Positions 20,829 through 29,887 of a DNA stretch of 64,000 nucleotides are shown here, one piece after another. The translations under genes were made by a program, and so were the position numbers. This stretch comes from Desulfosudaceae bacterium (lineage in GTDB: Bacteria; Desulfobacterota; Desulfobacteria; Desulfobacterales; Desulfosudaceae), in assembly GCA_963674745.2 (NCBI GenBank), contig CAXXDV010000001.1, positions 1,568,001-1,632,000 on the forward strand, written 5' to 3'. Each line of letters starts with the position of its first letter. Position 1 is the stretch's first letter. The notes beneath the pieces are model-generated. The model saw only the letters and a program-made list of their open reading frames with translations, ran no database searches and was not told the origin of the DNA.

Positions 20829-21260
20829 TTAACAGTATCGCCCATTACTCAGCGTCCAGGTATCCCTGGACAATCGTTCAGCTCTTCTGACAACGCCGCA
20901 GATAAAGTCTTCTGGCGGAAGATATCCATGATCAACAACATAGTGTATGACGAGATCCGGTGCGGCATAGAGCGCATTCTCTCCTTGAACACGGATCTCT
21001 CCGGTTCCCAATACATGATTCTCGCCATTCAAGTTCAAGCAACACACATCAAAATCGGAGTGAGCGCAAAAAGGGCATAAATGAAACCCTCGTGTTTGAT
21101 TCACCCGTTCATGTATACATAGCCAGGCCAAACCTTCAATGAAATCGTCACTAACTTTGCCCGCTTTAAATTTGTAACCCACTTCCAACCACCCAACGTT
21201 AAGCTCGCCCGCGTCGGATTTAAGGTAGGTGTAGGATGTTAGATCTTTGAAGTACGACAT
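20829..21260 (-). CDS. Hypothetical protein with HxCxxC and HY..H motifs (possible Zn binding)
   Basis: VGWL, TRGFHLCPFC, LGTGEIRV, YAAPDLVIHYVVDHGYLPP; first ATG at 21260; more AT-rich than flanking genes. Confidence 0.75.
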   Translation of the reverse strand: MSYFKDLTSYTYLKSDAGELNVGWLEVGYKFKAGKVSDDFIEGLAWLCIHERVNQTRGFHLCPFCAHSDFDVCCLNLNGENHVLGTGEIRVQGENALYAAPDLVIHYVVDHGYLPPEDFICGVVRRAERLSRDTWTLSNGRYC

Positions 21261-21346
21261 TTTATCCAAGGCCAATCATTTTACTACTTAACCACTTAAC
21301 ACTTAAAACCCTAAAACTCTAAAACCTTAACACTCAAAAAACTTTA

Positions 21347-22680
21347 GGTTCTTCTCCCAATTAGTGGGAGGAAAAGGCCTGTATGACCTTTAATGTAAAG
21401 TATCTATCGTCATGAAATCCATAGGATTTTCGTTTTATGACCTTAATTTTATTATTAACACCTTCTATTTTACTGGTATGAATCGGATAATCGCAATGGT
21501 TCAGGATGCCGTAAGCGTGCCTTTCAAGCATGTCGGCAAATTTCTGTACGGGCCTGTGGCTCACCGTTCTGGCCAGGGCACACCATTCATCCAATCTCTT
21601 TTTGGCCCAGCCCCTTTTTTGATAGTCCCATATTCGCTTCAGACAATCTTTCAAAATCATGACCGTAGATATGGTTTCATTAATTTCAAGAAGCTGCCGC
21701 AAATGCTGCCGGGCCTCACTGCTATGAATATTCTGGGGATTGGACAGCAGCAAATACTTGGTTCCTTTGTATATCGCCTGGTCCGGCTTCGTCGCTTTTC
21801 TAAACTCTTCTATTCGAACTTTGTCGATCACCTTATTAAATGCGTGAACCACATGAAAAAGATCAAACACGATCTTTACATGAGGCACATTCTCTCGAAC
21901 CGTTTTAATGTAAGGATCCCACATATCCATGGCGATGGCTTCCAGCGCCTGTTTCTGTTCCTGGCTCATGCCGGCGAAAAAGACTTGAAGCGTCTCCACG
22001 GATCGGCCCCTGCCAAGCCATACCACCCGACCGGTTTGATAGTCCAAAACAACAGTCATATACGTATGGCCTTTATGGATGGCGATTTCATCAACCGCCA
22101 GTATGCTCAAGTCGCTGTAGTCCGTCCTTCCAAACGATTCTTCCAAAAAGTTTTTATCAATATTTTTGACCGTCTTCCAGTTGAGCTCCAAATGCGCGGC
22201 CACTTCAGAGACCGTCAAAATCTTACACAACTCATGGATATAAAGGGCCAGTCTTTTGGTAACCCGCTGGTACGGATTGAAAAAGTCCAGGTCTTCAACC
22301 CGAATACCCTGGCAACGGGGGCAATAAATTTTACGATATCTGCAGTTGATCCATACATTTGCGGCCCCAAGGTTCAAATCCCGCAACGGACGTCTGGCCT
22401 GGTCATGAACGCCTTGAGCCGGGCTGCCGCAACTATAACAAATAGGGCGATAGCGCTCGTCTGGCTCGGCAATTATCATCGCCATATCTCCGGCGTCAGA
22501 AACCGTTTGTTTTGTAAAACGGACTCGACAAAAAGGGAGATAGGGCTTTATACTCATAGCGGACATCATCGGTCTCCTTTCTTCCAGAATTGTCTCTCAA
22601 CTTTCTGGATAGAAGAAAGAACTGATGATGTCCATTTTTTATTAGCAGCTTAACTCCTCCCACTAATTGGGAGAAGAACC
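21347..22680 (-). mobile_element. ISL3-family insertion sequence, 1334 bp
   Basis: Perfect 26-bp IRs ggttcttctcccaattagtgggagga; 8-bp target duplication aaacttta at 21339-21346 and 22681-22688. Confidence 0.95.
21361..22569 (-). CDS. ISL3-family transposase
   Basis: CYSCG/CPRC zinc finger, AVDE, AMDMWDPY, FDLFHV, EGVNNKIKVIKRKSYGF. Confidence 0.96.
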   Translation of the reverse strand: MMSAMSIKPYLPFCRVRFTKQTVSDAGDMAMIIAEPDERYRPICYSCGSPAQGVHDQARRPLRDLNLGAANVWINCRYRKIYCPRCQGIRVEDLDFFNPYQRVTKRLALYIHELCKILTVSEVAAHLELNWKTVKNIDKNFLEESFGRTDYSDLSILAVDEIAIHKGHTYMTVVLDYQTGRVVWLGRGRSVETLQVFFAGMSQEQKQALEAIAMDMWDPYIKTVRENVPHVKIVFDLFHVVHAFNKVIDKVRIEEFRKATKPDQAIYKGTKYLLLSNPQNIHSSEARQHLRQLLEINETISTVMILKDCLKRIWDYQKRGWAKKRLDEWCALARTVSHRPVQKFADMLERHAYGILNHCDYPIHTSKIEGVNNKIKVIKRKSYGFHDDRYFTLKVIQAFSSH

Positions 22681-22818
22681 AAACTTTAAAACCCAAAACC
22701 CCCTCAAACCCCGACCACCTAATCACCTAACCACCTAACCACATAACCACTTCGTCTTTCAAACACCTGAAGGCCTCGCTCCCCGACGCCTCAAACCCTG
22801 AACCCTGAACCTAAAACC

Positions 22819-24708
22819 TCAACCCCCTAAAACCTGTGGCGTCAGATGGCATGACGAGGTCGAAAACATATCCTTATCAACCGTACTGACCAGTTGCCAG
22901 CCGGCTTTTGTCAGGAACGCCTCTACAGCCGGCCGTTCGGGCTCAAAAACCATGAAACAGACGTTGTCCTTTGGCTTGAAGCGGGTGTTGTGGCCGGTGG
23001 GTGACAGTTTGCCGTTTTTTCGAATGGCCACACCGAGCAATCCGTTTCCGGAATAGTCGGCCGGCAGGGTTACTTCCGATGATTCGGACGGGGTCTCTTC
23101 AACAAATTTCCAGGTCTGGAGGTAAACCTGCCTGGCATCAAGGCGGTGGCACCAGGCATCAACATCCACCGGCGCGCCGAAGGCCACCTCAACACCGGCC
23201 TGGTGGAGCATTTTTTCGGTCAGGGACGTGGTATCGGCCTGCAGGGCGGCAAACAGGTCAATTTCTCTGGCTTCTATCTTTACCTTCTGGGCAAAAAGGA
23301 AATTGACCTCGTCATTGACGGTCAGGGCCAGGGCCCCCTGGCGGGTATCGATTCCGGCCCGTTTTAAATACCTGGCCTGTAGGCCGTTGCCGTAAAGAAC
23401 CCGTGTGCAGTCTTCCTGGGCGGCATTGCAGTTGTCGGCATTGGAGTCGATGCAGACCACCTCCTGGCCGTCCTCCTTGAACAGCCTGGCCAGGGCACGT
23501 GCCAGGGCATTGGCCCCGAGAATGACCCAGCCCATTCCGCTGGGCCGCCGCAAACCCAGCGCCCCGGCCATGATGCCGCCGGTCAGGCCGGCGAAAATCA
23601 CCGTTACGGCGATGACCAGAAAAACCAGGGCGCGAAGTTCATATCCGCCGGGCATGCCTTTGGATGAAAAAGCCGCGGCAAAAAAAGAAGCCACGGCTGC
23701 GGCTACGATGCCCCGCGGGCCGATCCAGGAGACAAACCATTTTTCTTTTAAGGTCAGCCCGGAAAACATGGTGCCGGCAAACACCGCCAGCGGCCGGACC
23801 AGAAACATCAACACCAGAACAACACCGACAGCCGGCCAGCCCAGATCGATGACCTGGGACAGGCGGACATCGGCTGCCAGCAGCACGAACAGCATACCGA
23901 TCAGCAGAACCGTCAGCTCCTCTTTGAACTCGAGCAGTTCCCGCAAAGCATAGGAACTGAAATTGCCGACGCCGATACCGGCCACGATCACGGCGGCAAT
24001 ACCGCTTTCCGGCACAATCATGTTGGTGCCCTGAAACAGGACCAGTACAATCGACAGCGTAAAGACGTTGGTGCTGCCTTCCGGAATCCAGCGTTTTGTC
24101 TGGCACAGAAAGATCAACAAAGCGGCCGCGACACTGCCGCAGGCAGCACCGAAGCCGATGCGGAACAATATATGCCAGGCCCATATCAGCGGGCTGCCTT
24201 GATCGGGGCTCAAGGCCGCTTCCAGAGCCACCATGGCCACCACCGCGCCGACAGCGTCAATCAATACGCCTTCAGCTTCCAGTACGGTGGCCACGGAACG
24301 TTTCACTTTGAGCCGTTTTAAAAGCGGATTGATTACCGTGGGACCGGTAACCATGACCAGAGTACCGAAAAGTACGGCGTTTTTCCAGGGCCAGCCGAGA
24401 ATATAGTGAACGGCTACCGCGCCGCCGGTCACCGTCACCAGGCCGCCGATGGTGATCAGCTGGCGAATGGAGCGCCGGGCACGCTTAAGTTGCCTGCCCT
24501 TAAGGTTCATGCCGCCTTCAAAAAGAATAACGGCCACGGCGAAACCGATCAGGATGTTCAGGGCGGACCCCAGTTCGGCCGGGTGTATCATGCCCGCGCC
24601 GTCCGGGCCGAAAGCAACACCGGCGGCCAGCAGCAAAACGATGCCCGGTACCCGCAGGTGATGTGCCAGCGACTGCGCGATCATGCCCAGGGCCAGGGCC
24701 AGGGCCAT
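22819..24708 (-). CDS. CPA1/NhaP-type cation:proton antiporter with C-terminal TrkA-N (RCK) domain
   Basis: ILFEGG, TGPTVI, EGVLIDAVG, GPRGIVAA; then ILGAN Rossmann-like domain. Confidence 0.9.
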   Translation of the reverse strand: MALALALGMIAQSLAHHLRVPGIVLLLAAGVAFGPDGAGMIHPAELGSALNILIGFAVAVILFEGGMNLKGRQLKRARRSIRQLITIGGLVTVTGGAVAVHYILGWPWKNAVLFGTLVMVTGPTVINPLLKRLKVKRSVATVLEAEGVLIDAVGAVVAMVALEAALSPDQGSPLIWAWHILFRIGFGAACGSVAAALLIFLCQTKRWIPEGSTNVFTLSIVLVLFQGTNMIVPESGIAAVIVAGIGVGNFSSYALRELLEFKEELTVLLIGMLFVLLAADVRLSQVIDLGWPAVGVVLVLMFLVRPLAVFAGTMFSGLTLKEKWFVSWIGPRGIVAAAVASFFAAAFSSKGMPGGYELRALVFLVIAVTVIFAGLTGGIMAGALGLRRPSGMGWVILGANALARALARLFKEDGQEVVCIDSNADNCNAAQEDCTRVLYGNGLQARYLKRAGIDTRQGALALTVNDEVNFLFAQKVKIEAREIDLFAALQADTTSLTEKMLHQAGVEVAFGAPVDVDAWCHRLDARQVYLQTWKFVEETPSESSEVTLPADYSGNGLLGVAIRKNGKLSPTGHNTRFKPKDNVCFMVFEPERPAVEAFLTKAGWQLVSTVDKDMFSTSSCHLTPQVLGG

Positions 24709-24756
24709 GGTGGTTCCCGGATTGTGAAAGATTGACGTATCTATTTTTCCGGCCTG

Positions 24757-25413
24757 TTATTTTATTGATTTTATTTTTCCCAGGTCTGATTCCCGGCCCA
24801 GGATAATAAGAATATCACTTTCCTTGATGACAAAATCGGCTCCCGGAACCATCACAAAGCGTTCCGGATGCCGCTCCTTGACTGCGATTATGTTGATTTC
24901 ATAACGTTTTCTCAAGCTCAGGTCCTTCAGGGATTTGTCAACAAACGAAGGCGGCGGCTCTATCTGGACGATGGTAAAACCTTCTTCCAAGGGGAGAAAG
25001 TCCAGAATGTTTGGAGAAGTCAGCCGCAGGGCCAGACGGTAGGCCATGTCCACGCCCGGCAGAATGATTTCCGACGCGCCCAGTTGTTTGAGAATTTCGC
25101 CATGATCATCATCTTCGGCCTTGACGATAATACGTTTTATTCCCAGCCGGGCAAGATAATGACAGATCAGGATACTGGGTTTGATATCATCGCCGGTACT
25201 GACGATAACCGCGTCCGCCTCCTCCAGTCCCAGCCCCTTGAGGGCCTCGAAATCGGTAAGGTCCTGAACGATGGCGCTGGTGCAGTGTGGCGCAATGCCC
25301 TGAACCCGTTCTTTGTCCCGGTCAAATACGATGACTTCGTTTTTGTTTTCATAAAGGGATTTGGCAACGTAATATCCGAACTTTCCGGCGCCCACAACGG
25401 CGAATCGTTTCAT
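24757..25413 (-). CDS. ktrA: Ktr/Trk K+ uptake NAD-binding subunit
   Basis: VVGAGKFG RCK-N domain plus TrkA-C domain. Confidence 0.88.
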   Translation of the reverse strand: MKRFAVVGAGKFGYYVAKSLYENKNEVIVFDRDKERVQGIAPHCTSAIVQDLTDFEALKGLGLEEADAVIVSTGDDIKPSILICHYLARLGIKRIIVKAEDDDHGEILKQLGASEIILPGVDMAYRLALRLTSPNILDFLPLEEGFTIVQIEPPPSFVDKSLKDLSLRKRYEINIIAVKERHPERFVMVPGADFVIKESDILIILGRESDLGKIKSIK

Positions 25414-25497
25414 TTGTTCCTCTCCTTAACCCGAATGTTTCACGGGTTGATTTGGACCCGAACCCCTGGCTCCTTCTAAAATACGCAGGCCACGATG

Positions 25498-25555
25498 TAG
25501 GGGCACCCCCCTGTGGGTGCCCTTTTCCCGGGCGGCCACAGGGGGCCGCCCCTAC
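25498..25555. repeat. Composite GTAG REP doublet
   Basis: gtaggggcacccccctgtgggtgccc..gggcggccacagggggccgcccctac; near-identical to 55557-55615. Confidence 0.8.
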
Positions 25556-25578
25556 AACATTTGTGAGCAGCCTGTAAC

Positions 25579-26934
25579 TTAGCCGATCATCATGTTTTCT
25601 TCCGCATACTGAACACCTTTGGTCGTACCGCCGCCGGCAATAATATACGTAAACACCGGCACACCCACCCGACCGATAATCATCAAGAAGATAATGACCA
25701 GTTTTCCGGACCAGGTCAGTACCGGGGTGACGCCCATGGACAGTCCGACCGTGCCAAAGGCCGAGACGGTTTCAAAAAGATAGCTCAAAAACTGGCGGTT
25801 TCCCTGGGTGCGGATACCGTGAGACGGGTCCAGAAACAGGATTAAAAAGACAGCCAGGCAAATGGCACTCAGGGAGAAAAGCAGCACGGATATACTCTTG
25901 TTGACCGTATTGGCAGGAATGGTTTTTTTGAACAGGTTGGTGCACTTGTGGTGTCTCAGGCGGTTCCATGAAAATGACGCCAGAACGGCCAGGGTGGTGG
26001 TTTTTATGCCGCCGCCGCAGGAACCCGGTGAAGCACCCACCAGCATCAGAAACATCATGAACAGCAGGGTGGCCGTATTCAAGGATGCTATGTCAAGGGT
26101 ATTGAAACCGGCGGTGCGACAGGTGATGGATTGAAAAAGGGCTGCCAACAGATCATCGGCCGTGTTCGGAGAAGTCGTCAGGATCCGTTCGGACACAAAA
26201 ATAACCAGGGTTCCGCCGACAATCAACCAGGCGGTTACCGCCAGTACGCTTTTGGTCTGGATCGACATTTTGCCGGTTTTTTTTCGGATGAGGCGGCCGT
26301 AGAGTTCGTAAACCACTGGAAATCCGATTCCGCCCAGCAATATCAGGCTGCAGATAATCATGTTCAGCGGGATGGAGGTTCGCTCGTCAATAAAGCTGTT
26401 GTTAAACAGAGAGAAGCCGGCGTTACAGAAGGCTGAGACAGCATGAAAGGCGGCATTGAAACTGGCCTCGGGCAACGGAAAAGCCGATCGCCAGTGAAAA
26501 AACAGGGCCATAGCGCCCATGGCTTCGACCGTAATCGTAAAAATAAATATCGAGCGGATCAGCCGGTAAATATCTTTGCGTGGGGTATGGGAAAAGGTCT
26601 CCTGCATGGCCATTCGCTGCTGAAAGACGACTTTCTTTCCGATCAGCTGAAACAGGGCCACGGATATGGTCATGATGCCCAGGCCGCCGATTTGAATCAG
26701 CGCCAGGATAATTGACTGTCCGAAAAGGGTAAAGCAGGTGCCGGTATCCACCACCACCAGGCCAGTGACACACACGGCCGAGGTCGCCGTAAACAGGGCG
26801 TCAAGCAGGCCGATGTGGCCCGCCGCTACGGTCGCAACCGGCAGCATGAGCATGATCGTGCCGATCGCAATTGCCACCAGATAACTGGTCAGCAGCAGCG
26901 TGCTTGGGTGAGCGTGCTGAAACCAGGCGCGCAT
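25579..26934 (-). CDS. ktrB: Ktr/TrkH K+ uptake membrane subunit
   Basis: SAVCVTGL, SAFCNAGF, RTAGF, SAFGTVGLS pore loops. Confidence 0.9.
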   Translation of the reverse strand: MRAWFQHAHPSTLLLTSYLVAIAIGTIMLMLPVATVAAGHIGLLDALFTATSAVCVTGLVVVDTGTCFTLFGQSIILALIQIGGLGIMTISVALFQLIGKKVVFQQRMAMQETFSHTPRKDIYRLIRSIFIFTITVEAMGAMALFFHWRSAFPLPEASFNAAFHAVSAFCNAGFSLFNNSFIDERTSIPLNMIICSLILLGGIGFPVVYELYGRLIRKKTGKMSIQTKSVLAVTAWLIVGGTLVIFVSERILTTSPNTADDLLAALFQSITCRTAGFNTLDIASLNTATLLFMMFLMLVGASPGSCGGGIKTTTLAVLASFSWNRLRHHKCTNLFKKTIPANTVNKSISVLLFSLSAICLAVFLILFLDPSHGIRTQGNRQFLSYLFETVSAFGTVGLSMGVTPVLTWSGKLVIIFLMIIGRVGVPVFTYIIAGGGTTKGVQYAEENMMIG

Positions 26935-27091
26935 CCAGGGCCTCCATCAGTTGTTAATTCGGATATTCCACGAGTTGATGCGGACCCGAACCTTTGGCTC
27001 CTTCTGCAAGGCGCAGGCCGCGAACTCATCAAGGGGCACCCCCCTGTGGGAGCCCTTTCATCGCTCTAAATAGCCCCGCTGCGCATTTCTG

Positions 27092-28045
27092 TCAATGCTG
27101 ATGACTTTCGCAGGTGCTGTCGCCCGGTTCACATCCTGTTTTGCGGCAGAGCAGTTCGCCCCGGCCGCAGGCGGAGGTCTCAAACTGCAGTACCGGATGA
27201 TCAATGCCGAAGTTATCCATCAATATATCATTTATCGTCATCGTCAGGCTTTCGGTGGCACTGATCAACTGGTCGGGTACCACGACATGTGCGGTCAAGG
27301 CTACAGAGCGGTTTCCCATGCTCCAGGCGTGAAGGTAGTGAACGCTGTCGACGCCGTCTATGGATTCCAGGGCGGTTTTGACGGCCTCGAGATCCAGCCC
27401 CCGGGGCACGCCGTTCATCAGCACATGGACCGCTTCTTTTACCAGCACCACGCTGTTCCATACGATATACACCACAATGGCCAGGCTCAGGGCCGGATCC
27501 AGCCACGGCAGGTCGGCCACCTGCATGACCAGCGCGCCGACCAGAACCGCTACCGATGTCAGCATGTCGCCGATCATGTGGAGAAAAGCGCCCCTGGCGT
27601 TGAGGTTGTGTTCAGAGTCGCGGTGCAGCAGCCAGGCGGCGGCCCCGTTGCCCGCGATACCCAGAAGCGCCAGCCAGAATACGATGGTCAGGTTGATGGG
27701 CCGGGGATCGGCCAGTCGGGCCAGCGCTTCAGCCGCTATATACATGGCGGCACCGCACAAAAGCGCGGCATTGACGAGGGCGGCCAGAATTTCGATACGC
27801 TGCAGACCGAAGGTGTGCTGCACAGACGGGCCCCGTTTTGCGGCCCGGTGGGCGCCGTAGGCCACCACCAGGGCGGCAAAGTCTCCCAGGTTATGGACCG
27901 CGTCCGAAATCAGGGCCACACTTCCGGCTAAGAGGCCGCCGATGATTTGAGCCGCCGGAATCAGCAGATTGATCACCATGGCCAGCATCAGCCGTCTGCC
28001 GAGGGTCTCGGTAAGTGAGTGGTTATGTGAGTGGTGCGGGTTCAT
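27092..28045 (-). CDS. Cation diffusion facilitator (CzcD/ZitB-like)
   Basis: His-rich N-terminus, SDAVHNLGD, AFLHMIGD, HYLHAW; Cys-rich C-tail. Confidence 0.93.
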   Translation of the reverse strand: MNPHHSHNHSLTETLGRRLMLAMVINLLIPAAQIIGGLLAGSVALISDAVHNLGDFAALVVAYGAHRAAKRGPSVQHTFGLQRIEILAALVNAALLCGAAMYIAAEALARLADPRPINLTIVFWLALLGIAGNGAAAWLLHRDSEHNLNARGAFLHMIGDMLTSVAVLVGALVMQVADLPWLDPALSLAIVVYIVWNSVVLVKEAVHVLMNGVPRGLDLEAVKTALESIDGVDSVHYLHAWSMGNRSVALTAHVVVPDQLISATESLTMTINDILMDNFGIDHPVLQFETSACGRGELLCRKTGCEPGDSTCESHQH

Positions 28046-28054
28046 TTCCTGTAT

Positions 28055-28963
28055 TTAAAAAGTTAAAGAAATCCCCCCCTGAACAATGTGCTGGTCATAA
28101 TCATAAATATCTACATTTGAGTGGGTATGGACAAACGTGTAGCGGGCCATAAAACCCAACATGTCATTGATTTGAAAGCCGTATTCAATGCCCATGCTGG
28201 TTAAATTGTCCTCGCGCCGGTCAGAGGAGGTTCCGTTAAGATAATCCCAGGCCCGGGCATCATAATCAATCTGCTGGTAATCGCCGAGAATCCGGAAGAT
28301 GTTCCGGTCTTTAAGGCTGATAAGGTAAGACATGCCGCCGCCAAGGGCGCGTCCGTCTTCATCAAATGTCGGGTATTCGTCCACATCCTCGATCTGGGAT
28401 ATTGTTGCGTAAAAATCAACGGCCTGATTTATTTCGGGAAAACTTATCGTGACCGTGGGCGATGCCGTATAACGATGATAACTGGATTCATTGTCTTCTC
28501 TGGAATAAATGTATTTCAGCGGCAGGCTGAAGATGACGTTTCCCCGGTACCACTGCGGTTCTATGGACAACAGCTGGTCGAGTACATCATTTTCTTTGAA
28601 CTCCTCGTGAAGATCCGCATAAACATTGTAGTCGGCCCGGAGTCCGAAACCGTCGCTGAATTTGTGCTGCCAGTAAGTCGACAGGCTGATAAATCCGGCA
28701 TAATCATCCGGGTCGTCATCGGTGTAGGCAGCGTCCAGGTTCTCGACAATGTGTGAATCGTATTTGGCGCCAATGAGAACGGAAGCACCGAAATTACGGG
28801 TTTTTTCCGTCTGGTTTTTTATTCTGTCCTGAATTTTGGCTCCCCCGACCTGGGAGAGGCTCTGCGACGTGGCACTGCAGCCTCACCCCGCCGCCCAGGC
28901 CATGGTTGTGTTCATCATGTATAAAACGATAAATACGGTCAGGATACCAACTTGTTTCTTCAT
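28055..28963 (-). CDS. Secreted outer-membrane beta-barrel-like protein, 302 codons, with in-frame TGA at codon 27 (candidate selenoprotein; alternatively a nonsense pseudogene)
   Basis: Manual translation: MKKQVGILTVFIVLYMMNTTMAWAAG-TGA-GCSATSQ... is open into the 28055-28570 ORF; alternating aromatic strands; C-terminal ISLTF. Confidence 0.75.
28840..28858 (-). promoter_or_regulatory. Candidate bacterial SECIS hairpin
   Basis: CUCUCCC-AGGUC-GGGGGAG, 7-bp stem; loop starts 31 nt after the UGA; loop resembles the E. coli fdhF AGGUCU. Confidence 0.6.
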
Positions 28964-29160
28964 AATAATGACCTTTTTTGTTTGTAAAATAATTTGATCG
29001 ATTGGTTATAGGCAATTAAAACGCTTTTATCATATTCTTTCTGGAGTGGACCGGTTTACTACCTGGCGCCCGACCCGTTGGCGTGGTCCGGGAAATGCCG
29101 GGTGTGTGTCAGGCAGGATCTCTCATACAAAGAAAAGGGGCAGAGAAGATATCTTTTTTA

Positions 29161-29454
29161 TCAAAACTGGCCAAGCGGCCTGGTGAACGTAAACCGGGCC
29201 GGTTCGACAACCAGTGTACTGGCGATCTGGCCGACGTTGTCACCCATTGCTGAAAACGGCAGCGAGACGATAAACAATGTTGAGCCGATAATCGTAGCCG
29301 CAAAACCAAGGGGGCGACACAGCAGGAAATCACCCGCTACTGATGCGTCCGATACGCGGCTGGAAGACATCTCCATGGCCGGCGCGGTAATCGGCGCCGT
29401 CAGCAGTGCCGCAACCAAAAGCAGAGTGGTAAATCGACGCATCAATTTCATCAT
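29161..29454 (-). CDS. Small exported/membrane hypothetical protein (97 aa)
   Basis: Signal peptide, then D.L..RPLG..ATI.G...F.VSLPF...EPA.FTF.RPLG pattern; GGAGG RBS before ATG 29454. Confidence 0.8.
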   Translation of the reverse strand: MMKLMRRFTTLLLVAALLTAPITAPAMEMSSSRVSDASVAGDFLLCRPLGFAATIIGSTLFIVSLPFSAMGDNVGQIASTLVVEPARFTFTRPLGQF

Positions 29455-29509
29455 TTTTTTTGCCTCCAGAAAAGCATTAACCGAAAGTTTTCGGATTGTT
29501 GTTTTATTA

Positions 29510-29538
29510 ACTATAATTATGCAAAAACCGTCTGTCAA
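29510..29538 (-). promoter_or_regulatory. Sigma70 promoter
   Basis: Minus strand TTGACA-N17-TATAGT upstream of the 29454 gene. Confidence 0.6.
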
Positions 29539-29887
29539 CTGTAATTGGTTTTCTGAATAATCGCTTAGGCCCATTTTAAATCATATTAAAATTATTAAAA
29601 AACAGATTCTTTTAACTTTTAAAAAGGGGCGGATAAGGATTGAAAAAACCTATTCCTATGGTAGGATATGAAATCATTGTTTTTGATGCCGCGGCATCCG
29701 TTTTTCTTATTGGAAAAACACCTGAATTGACATTTAATGAAAAGAGAATATATTGGTTAACAACATTTGCTCACCATATTTTCTGCAGATTATGCGTTAA
29801 TGAAAAAAATGATTTGTTTTCAGAATGCTTGACTCACATAAGCAGCCATTAATTTAGGATCATCAACAGATTGTCAAGGAGGGGGAC

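Noticed and set aside
24709..24759. Frame open from the ktrA stop into nhaP, with a possible ATA start (IDTSIFHNPGTT) or readthrough fusion
   Set aside because: The stop is TAA, the gap is short enough to be open by chance, and a usable ATG exists. It cannot be supported without homolog alignment.
27095..27931. Long antisense ORFs (278 aa here; also 4098-4865, 7055-7771, 56100-56810)
   Set aside because: Shadows of well-supported GC-rich genes on the opposite strand, with no motifs.
28561..29015. ORF-track entries 28561-28788 and 28794-29015, and a frameshifted-pseudogene reading
   Set aside because: They are off-frame shadows. The true frame runs 28963-28055 with only one in-frame TGA and no frameshift.
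28964..29160. GC-rich segment upstream of the candidate selenoprotein considered as a metal or other riboswitch
   Set aside because: No recognisable aptamer consensus by eye; an Rfam/Infernal scan would be needed.
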